A stretch of 64,000 nt of DNA, taken from positions 1,253-65,252 of the forward strand of contig CADAYP010000020.1 of the NCBI GenBank assembly GCA_902792235.1. Direction: 5' to 3'. The translations under genes and the position numbers were made by a program. This document shows, one piece after another, positions 57,768-64,000 of this stretch. Origin of the DNA: Ruminococcus flavefaciens. Lineage in GTDB: Bacteria > Bacillota > Clostridia > Oscillospirales > Ruminococcaceae. Every line of letters begins with the position of its first letter. The stretch's first letter is position 1. The notes below the pieces were generated by a model that did not search any database, was not told the origin of the DNA, and saw only the letters and a program-made list of their open reading frames with translations.

Positions 57768-59101
57768 CAATGCCTATCAAGGTTGGAATGGTATCTCTCG
57801 GCTGCTCGAAAAATCTTGTGGATTCCGAGAGAATGCTGTATAAGCTGCGTAAAAGTGGATTTGAACTTGTTACCGAGCCCGGACTTGCTGACGTTGCGGT
57901 AGTTAATACCTGCGGATTTATACAGTCGGCAAAGGAAGAAGCTATCGAAACTATCCTCGAACTTGCAAAGCTCAAGGAGGACGGTACTCTCAGGAAAATA
58001 GTCATTACAGGCTGCCTCGTTGAGAGATACAAGGACGAGATTTCGGAGCAGTTTCCGGAGGCTGACGCAGTTATCGGCATCGGCGATACAAAGGATATCG
58101 TTGATGTACTCAATGAAGTGATGAAGGACGAGCGTGTCCTCAGATTCTCGCCTAAGCTCGATGCGGAGCTTTCGGGCGGAAGAATAATATCAACACTTCC
58201 GTTCTTTTCATACCTTAAAGTAGCTGAAGGCTGCTCTAACTGCTGCACCTACTGCGCTATACCGCAGATACGCGGAAAGTTCCGCAGTGTGCCGATGGAG
58301 GACGTCCTGAAGGAAGCAAACTGGCTTGCGGATAACGGCGTTACCGAGCTTATAGTCATCGCACAGGATACCTCACGCTACGGCGAGGACCTTTACGGTG
58401 AATCTAAACTGCCGGAGCTGCTGCATGAGCTGTGCAGGATAGAAAAGCTCAGGTGGATACGTACCCTTTACTGCTACCCTGAGCGCATAACCGATGAACT
58501 TCTCGATACTATCGCAAGTGAGCCAAAACTTGTGAAATACCTTGAGATACCTATTCAGCACTGCAACGGCGATATACTCAGCCGCATGAACCGTTGGGGC
58601 GACACCGGTAAGCTTGAAGCACTTTTCAGCCATATCCGCGAAAAAATACCGGGAGTTATCCTTCGTACTACGCTCATTACCGGATTCCCCGGCGAAACTG
58701 AGGAGCAGTTCAATGAACTGGCTGAATTCGTTCAGCGTGTCCGCTTCGACAGACTCGGCTGCTTTGCTTATTCGCGTGAAGACGGCACGAAGTCTTACGA
58801 CTTCCCCGACCAGATAGACCCCGAAACTGCCGCTCACCGCGCTGATATAATCATGGAGCAGCAGATGCTTGTAAGTGCTGAAAACAACGAAAAACAGCTC
58901 GGTAAGGAGTTCATGGCAGTAGTTGAAGGCTTTGACCGATTCGGCGAATGCTGGTTCGGAAGAACTGAAAGCGATGCTCCCGATATCGACGGCAAGGTGT
59001 TCTTCACCTCTGAAAAGCCGCTCACAGTCGGTGAGTATGTAAAAATACGCGTGACCGATACACTCGATTACGACCTGATAGGAGAGGTGATAGCAGAATG
59101 A
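57764..59101 (+). CDS. rimO: Ribosomal protein S12 methylthiotransferase
   Basis: SLGCSKNLVDSE, NTCGFI, CSNCCTYC radical SAM motif, DAPDIDG, TRAM domain; alternative start 57770. Confidence 0.95.
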   Translation: MTMPIKVGMVSLGCSKNLVDSERMLYKLRKSGFELVTEPGLADVAVVNTCGFIQSAKEEAIETILELAKLKEDGTLRKIVITGCLVERYKDEISEQFPEADAVIGIGDTKDIVDVLNEVMKDERVLRFSPKLDAELSGGRIISTLPFFSYLKVAEGCSNCCTYCAIPQIRGKFRSVPMEDVLKEANWLADNGVTELIVIAQDTSRYGEDLYGESKLPELLHELCRIEKLRWIRTLYCYPERITDELLDTIASEPKLVKYLEIPIQHCNGDILSRMNRWGDTGKLEALFSHIREKIPGVILRTTLITGFPGETEEQFNELAEFVQRVRFDRLGCFAYSREDGTKSYDFPDQIDPETAAHRADIIMEQQMLVSAENNEKQLGKEFMAVVEGFDRFGECWFGRTESDAPDIDGKVFFTSEKPLTVGEYVKIRVTDTLDYDLIGEVIAE

Positions 59102-59682
59102 ATCTGCCTAATAAGCTGACGCTTTTGAGAGTGTTCCTGATACCGTTCTTCCTGCTTTGTATGTACTGGAAGTTCCCTTGCCATTACCTTGCGGCACTGG
59201 CCATATTCAGCGCAGCTTCCATTACTGATGCCCTTGACGGCAAAATAGCAAGAAGCCGTAATCTTGTAACAAATTTCGGAAAATTCCTTGACCCGCTCGC
59301 TGATAAGGTACTCGTCCTTGCGGCACTTGCGGTATTCGTTGAAATACCGGATATAAAAGTTGGAGCGATACCGCTCATTATAATCAGTGCAAGAGAATTC
59401 ATGGTATCGGGTCTGAGACTTCTCGCCGCAAACAGTGGAATAGTTGTTGCTGCCGGAATGTGGGGCAAGCTGAAAACTGCATTCACTATGGTCGCAATAA
59501 TAACTGCACTTGTATGGCTTAGTGCCTGCAACGACTTCGGTTTCAGCTTCCCTGCTGTATTCTGCGGCATTGTAAACGACTGGCTGATACCGGTGCTTAT
59601 ATGGATATCTACCGTTCTCACGATAATTTCAGGCGCTATCTATCTCAAAGGCTACTGGAATCTCATTGATACCGATAAGTAA
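59098..59682 (+). CDS. pgsA: CDP-diacylglycerol-glycerol-3-phosphate 3-phosphatidyltransferase
   Basis: NLPNKLT, DALDGKIAR..N.VT.FGKFLDPLADK. Confidence 0.95.
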   Translation: MNLPNKLTLLRVFLIPFFLLCMYWKFPCHYLAALAIFSAASITDALDGKIARSRNLVTNFGKFLDPLADKVLVLAALAVFVEIPDIKVGAIPLIIISAREFMVSGLRLLAANSGIVVAAGMWGKLKTAFTMVAIITALVWLSACNDFGFSFPAVFCGIVNDWLIPVLIWISTVLTIISGAIYLKGYWNLIDTDK

Positions 59683-59694
59683 AGGAGCATTTTT

Positions 59695-60087
59695 ATGAAA
59701 CTCTGCGCCGGACAGATAAGATATCTTATAGCTATAAAAGAACTTTCGGAAAGCAGCAAGGAGATAAAAAGCGTGAGCATTGCGCGTCACCTCGGTGTAT
59801 CGCGACCGAGCGTGAGCAAAATGCTGAGATGCCTTGCTGATTCAGGACTTGTCTACGAGGACTACAGCAGCGGTGTTATACTCACCCCCGAAGGCAAGGA
59901 CGTTGTAGGAGAGCTTTTTTCAGGCTTTGATGAGGTCTATCTGTTCTTTTACAAATTTCTGAAGCTTCCGCGTGAGGAGGCACATGAGCAGGCGCTGCTG
60001 TTCGTGACCGATTTTCCGCAGGATACCTGTAATCGTCTCAAACGTATCGTGAGACGCACGTTAAAACAAAAACTGCCGGAACGTTAA
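59695..60087 (+). CDS. DtxR/MntR-like winged-helix regulator
   Basis: YL.AI..L, SV.IA..LGVSRPSVSKML..L, LT.EG. Confidence 0.8.
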   Translation: MKLCAGQIRYLIAIKELSESSKEIKSVSIARHLGVSRPSVSKMLRCLADSGLVYEDYSSGVILTPEGKDVVGELFSGFDEVYLFFYKFLKLPREEAHEQALLFVTDFPQDTCNRLKRIVRRTLKQKLPER

Positions 60088-60136
60088 ACTCCGGCAATTT
60101 TTATGTCAATAGTGTAGCTGTGAAAGACGGATACGC

Positions 60137-60165
60137 TTGACAAATCAGTGTATATGAAGTAAAAT
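60137..60165 (+). promoter_or_regulatory. SigA-type promoter upstream of lipoprotein gene
   Basis: TTGACA-17-TAAAAT. Confidence 0.6.
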
Positions 60166-60329
60166 GATATATATTATAGTCAACGTCAAAATGAATTTGA
60201 TATTGGCTATAATATGGATTTAAAGTGCCTTGCAGATACGCAAATCGAAGATTTGCTCCCTGCAATCGGTAAATAGCAAACTCCAAAAATTTTTGCCGTT
60301 TGCTATAATATGAAAAAAAGGTGGATAAT

Positions 60330-61061
60330 ATGAAAAAGATAATTGCCGGAATCGCGGCATCTGCTATGCTTATAAGCGCATTTACATCATGCGGCAGCAA
60401 GGATAAGTCCGAGCCTGACCATGTCGAAGTTACTGAGCCTGCTTCTGTAGGTGAGGCAGCTGTAGACCTTGAAGGTGTTCAGCTTGAAGACAACATTGCT
60501 GCTGCTTCCGGAGATGCATTTATTTCAATTATTGATAAGCAGAACTGGATAAAATACTTTGGTGAACAGTGGAACGAAAAGGAAGATAAGAATCAGCTTG
60601 CCTTCAATGCCGGAGTTGCCCATATTACCGGAAACGGTGACTATACCGTAAGTGTTACAGCAGATACAAACGGTTTCAGATTTGCAACAACGAGTGACAC
60701 CGATGACCAGTATACTCCTATGGGACTCAAGCTTATGGCGGTTTCGATAAAAGACGGCGAAACTCAGCTTCCGGGCGCAGTTATAACAGTCAATGCGATA
60801 AGAGTTGACGGCAGGGATATCGGACTGAAAGCAAAGGCTTACACTTCAACCGACGACGGTGTTGAAACAAGAGCAATGCTCTTTAATTCATGGAAGTCTG
60901 AACCGCCTGTGGACTCGCGTACAGCGGAGGGACCGCTTTATAATGGTACAGAGCCGAATGAGCTGTTTGCACAGTACAGCGCAAATGTGGTCGATGAAAA
61001 TGAATTCAATGAGTGGACAACTATAGAAGTTGATTTCACAGTTTCCGGACTTGCCGGATAA
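60330..61061 (+). CDS. Uncharacterised lipoprotein, beta-rich domain
   Basis: MKKII...FTSC lipobox; ITGNGDYTVSV; ends IEVDFTVSG. Confidence 0.75.
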   Translation: MKKIIAGIAASAMLISAFTSCGSKDKSEPDHVEVTEPASVGEAAVDLEGVQLEDNIAAASGDAFISIIDKQNWIKYFGEQWNEKEDKNQLAFNAGVAHITGNGDYTVSVTADTNGFRFATTSDTDDQYTPMGLKLMAVSIKDGETQLPGAVITVNAIRVDGRDIGLKAKAYTSTDDGVETRAMLFNSWKSEPPVDSRTAEGPLYNGTEPNELFAQYSANVVDENEFNEWTTIEVDFTVSGLAG

Positions 61062-61090
61062 ACCGGTTTAGCCGTACTTTTCCTACAAGC

Positions 61091-61131
61091 AAAAAGCTCC
61101 GTTTTCCTTTAAAGAAAACGGAGCTTTTTTT
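61091..61131. terminator. Bidirectional terminator
   Basis: AAAAAGCTCCGTTTTC...GAAAACGGAGCTTTTT. Confidence 0.88.
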
Positions 61132-63172
61132 AGCCGTTAAGGCGTTTGATGATGTATTTGCCGCAGAGCTTAGTGCTCTTGCCGATATTGTAAACGTGTT
61201 CTTTATATGCTTCGGATATTTTTCTGGAATATTCCTCGCGCTCGCGGAGCATCTTGTCTATCACTTCATTGGTCTTGCCGAGTTCATTTGTTTCAAGAGC
61301 TTCGCCGATAACAGTTCTGATTGTGAGGGTTATTGGCGGTATGCCTATCTTTTCGTATTCCTGATTCATTATCTTCATAGGTGTGTTGATAAAGAGTACA
61401 GGACGCTTTGTAACGAATGCAAACTCAAACGAGATATCGCTCCAGTCTGTTATGAGAACATCGGCTTCGAGTACGGGGTTGTTTGATGAGAAGTCGGTCT
61501 GTACGGTGATATTCTTCTTATCCTTGAACTTTTCTTTGAGGAGGTCGAACTTTTCAGGTTCGTGACGCACCTGCTGAGGATGGGGACGAAGGATTATCTC
61601 ATAATCAGTCTTGCTGAGCTCACTGAGGAGGTCGTCGATACAGAGGTCGATGATGTTGTCAGCCTGCCATGAAGGAGCAATGAGTATCTTTGGAATCTTG
61701 TTCACAGGGTGCTCGGACTTGTTATACTCGTCGAGCATATCGTCAAGAAGCGGATAGCCGGTTTCGACGAGGCACTTCTTAGGAGTTTGGTATATTTCCT
61801 CGGCAGCGCGTATCTCATTGAACTGGTCAACGCTTGGTACGAAGATAGTATCGAACCAGTCGAGTGCTCCCTTTCTGTAGGAGGAAGCGATGCTTCCCAT
61901 ACCGTGGCACGCGAAAACGTACTCAACGTCTTTCTTTACGCGCGAACGCTTGATGTGGTACTTTTCAAGGTCGGGCATAGTCATTACGCACATATCGCAT
62001 TCAAGCTTCATGAAAAGCGGAACGAGGTATCTGTCGGTGCCTACGTAGTAGGGGTGTATCTGAGGACGTTCGTCCTTGAAGATGTTATCGTTGGGGTCAC
62101 TTGTAACGTAGTGGATATCGAGGTCAGAGTTTTCACAGATGTAGTCGATCATGCCCTTGAAGTACTTATAGAAGCCGTTTGACTCAGAGTAGAACATGAG
62201 CTTCATGTCCTTTACCTCGAAGAACTTCTTATAATCAGCCTTTTCGCGGGAGCTGTACTTCTTATGCTGCTTTTCTTTTTCTATACGCTGCTCGTTCATC
62301 TTTTTGAGGTACTCGTAGTCGATGTACTTCTTAGGCGGCATACAGATGTTGTAGAGGAACATGAAAGGTATTGCGAAGAGGTTGCCGAAAATCCAGTAAA
62401 GACCAACTCCGGCGGGAACGATGAATGAGAAGTAAACCGAGAAAGCGATGAGGAGAGCTGTTGAGAGAACCTTGCTGAGGTTTCCGGAAGCTACCTGAAG
62501 AACGTTTACGCGGTTCTGGATAACGCAGAGGAGCCATGCGCTGACACCTGAGAGTACCGGTATACTGAGCAGTATATAGTCATGCTTGAACGAAGGAGTC
62601 TTACTGAGGTCAAGACCGAGGAACATGGTATTGAGGTCGCGGATTTCTTCAGCCGACTGTCTGAGAATTTCCGGAAGCGGGTGATTGCTTGGGATAAGGT
62701 TCTGCTTTATGAGGCTTACGATTTCAAGCTGATAGTTGTTTTCTTTGAGGGCCTCCTCATTTGAGAAGAGAGCGAGCCAGTCCTTGAACTGGTCGATGAT
62801 GCTTGTGTCGAACTGGTGGATAAATGTAAGCGGGTGATACATAACGTAAACAAGTCCGAGGACGAGCGGGATCTGTATCAGAAGCGGAACTGAGCTGAGC
62901 AGCGGGTGGTAGTGGTATTTCTTATAGAGTTTGAGCTGCTCTTCACCGAGCTTGTCTTTATCGTCTATATATTTGATTTTGAGGGCATTTTCCTCAGGCA
63001 TGAGACGAACCATGTTGATAGAGTTCTTCTGAGTAGCCATATTCAGCGGGAAGAGGATCACCTTCGTAAGGAGGGTGAAGATTATGATACTGAGACCATA
63101 GTTTCCGACGATGTTGAATATAAAGCTCATTGCCTTTCCGAGGATATCGCCTAAAAAGCTTATTACAACCAT
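61130..63172 (-). CDS. YidC/Oxa1 insertase fused to CDP-glycerol glycerophosphotransferase (TagF/TagB-like) domain
   Basis: N-half: NYGLSIIIFTLLTKVILFPL, PLLIQIP, FLGLDL, PAGVGLYW; C-half: HG, ILIAPSW, RPHP, ADVLITDWSDISFEF..RPVLF. Confidence 0.85.
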   Translation of the reverse strand: MVVISFLGDILGKAMSFIFNIVGNYGLSIIIFTLLTKVILFPLNMATQKNSINMVRLMPEENALKIKYIDDKDKLGEEQLKLYKKYHYHPLLSSVPLLIQIPLVLGLVYVMYHPLTFIHQFDTSIIDQFKDWLALFSNEEALKENNYQLEIVSLIKQNLIPSNHPLPEILRQSAEEIRDLNTMFLGLDLSKTPSFKHDYILLSIPVLSGVSAWLLCVIQNRVNVLQVASGNLSKVLSTALLIAFSVYFSFIVPAGVGLYWIFGNLFAIPFMFLYNICMPPKKYIDYEYLKKMNEQRIEKEKQHKKYSSREKADYKKFFEVKDMKLMFYSESNGFYKYFKGMIDYICENSDLDIHYVTSDPNDNIFKDERPQIHPYYVGTDRYLVPLFMKLECDMCVMTMPDLEKYHIKRSRVKKDVEYVFACHGMGSIASSYRKGALDWFDTIFVPSVDQFNEIRAAEEIYQTPKKCLVETGYPLLDDMLDEYNKSEHPVNKIPKILIAPSWQADNIIDLCIDDLLSELSKTDYEIILRPHPQQVRHEPEKFDLLKEKFKDKKNITVQTDFSSNNPVLEADVLITDWSDISFEFAFVTKRPVLFINTPMKIMNQEYEKIGIPPITLTIRTVIGEALETNELGKTNEVIDKMLREREEYSRKISEAYKEHVYNIGKSTKLCGKYIIKRLNG

Positions 63173-63188
63173 TTATATTCTCCTGTAA

Positions 63189-63473
63189 TTATTCCTCGTC
63201 GTCATCGTCGTCGTCGTCAAGAAGGTCGTTAGCAGTGATAACGTCCTTACCGGCTTCTGCACCTTTTATCTCAGCCTTAGGAGTTTCGTCTTCGCTGCCT
63301 GACTTTTTCTTTACAGCGCTCTTGACTTTTCTCCAGTAGATACCGAGAACAGTTCCGACAGTGATAACAACGCCGGCAACTATCTGAATGATAAGGCTTG
63401 TTGAAGCAGGGTCGATGTACATAGCTGCCTTCATGCTATCAGCAGCATTGAATAAAACAGTGATATTTTCCAT
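63189..63473 (-). CDS. Small single-pass membrane protein (YIDP motif, poly-acidic C-terminus), 94 aa
   Basis: AAGGAG before ATG 63473; YIDPAS plus TM LIIQIVAGVVITVGTVLGIYW, basic RKVKSAVKKK, tail DDDDDDDEE. Confidence 0.8.
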   Translation of the reverse strand: MENITVLFNAADSMKAAMYIDPASTSLIIQIVAGVVITVGTVLGIYWRKVKSAVKKKSGSEDETPKAEIKGAEAGKDVITANDLLDDDDDDDEE

Positions 63474-63539
63474 TTTGAACTCCTTTTTCATTTACGATTT
63501 GTTTGTTTATTAGTTGTCAGAATATGCCGACAACACTTT

Positions 63540-63568
63540 ATTATATCACTATATTAATGATATGTCAA
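63540..63568 (-). promoter_or_regulatory. SigA promoter of the YIDP-yidC fusion operon
   Basis: Minus strand perfect TTGACA-17-TATAAT with TG extension. Confidence 0.85.
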
Positions 63569-63719
63569 TTTATAAAATGCCGGATTTCAGCCTTTTGCGG
63601 CTGAGGTTTATGTTAAAACCGCCGTTAATTCGCTATTCTCCGGAAGTGCTTGTGTGACCTTGACCTTTTTATGGAAATGTGATAGAATAAGCTTGTCTGA
63701 CATGACAGGAAGGATGAAT

Positions 63720-64000
63720 ATGGAAAAAAGTGATATATGGAAAATTGTCCTTGTAATTTCGATGATGGTGTTTTCGGCACTGTTTTCAAGTACCGAAACA
63801 GCTTATTCGAGTGTAAACAAGCTGCGCCTGAAGAATTACGAGGCACAGGGCAATAAAAAGGCTGCTAAGGCACTGAAACTTGCAAACCGCTTTGACGAGG
63901 TGCTTACGGCGGTACTGATAGGAAACAATATCGTCAATATTGCGTCATCGTCCGTGAGTACACTGCTTTTTGTTAGCATTTTCGGCAGTAAGGGAGCGGG
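63720..64000 (+). CDS. Hemolysin/CorB (CNNM, DUF21) family membrane protein, 5' part only
   Basis: Hand translation: MEKSDIWKIVLVISMMVFSALFSSTETAYSSVNKLRL...VLIGNNIVNI; runs off the window. Confidence 0.88.
   Translation, partial: MEKSDIWKIVLVISMMVFSALFSSTETAYSSVNKLRLKNYEAQGNKKAAKALKLANRFDEVLTAVLIGNNIVNIASSSVSTLLFVSIFGSKGA

Noticed and set aside
63625-63846. 73-aa minus-strand ORF
   Set aside because: Overlaps antisense the CNNM/hemolysin gene starting at 63720 on the plus strand.

Overview
64-kb chromosomal window from a cellulolytic Ruminococcus (R. flavefaciens-like, inferred from a GH94 cellobiose phosphorylase, a dockerin-bearing LRR/transglutaminase protein and a cohesin lipoprotein). 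It is mostly housekeeping genes: recG, purD, metH, pheA, ruvCAB, ecfA1A2T, truA, a Clp ATPase, rnhA, spoIID, citrate synthase, a two-component system and prmC-recA-recX-rimO-pgsA. No rRNA, tRNA, CRISPR array, prophage or transposase was found. Best candidates for something new: (1) a 94-aa single-TM, acidic-tailed ORF directly upstream of a YidC insertase fused to a TagF-like glycerophosphotransferase, a layout resembling B. subtilis mifM-yidC2; (2) a full-length GlmM paralog with nearly all catalytic motifs substituted (probable pseudoenzyme) downstream of ruvCAB; (3) a plsA/plsR-type plasmalogen synthase pair in an apparent operon with psd; (4) rnhA with only an ATC start available; (5) three single-lesion genes (Spo0A-like, SseB-like, citrate synthase); (6) a TetR with three TGAC-N5-GTCA sites, one on the promoter of an MMPL plus heptad-repeat operon; (7) structured intergenic elements. 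All product calls come from motif recognition by eye; no database search was run.
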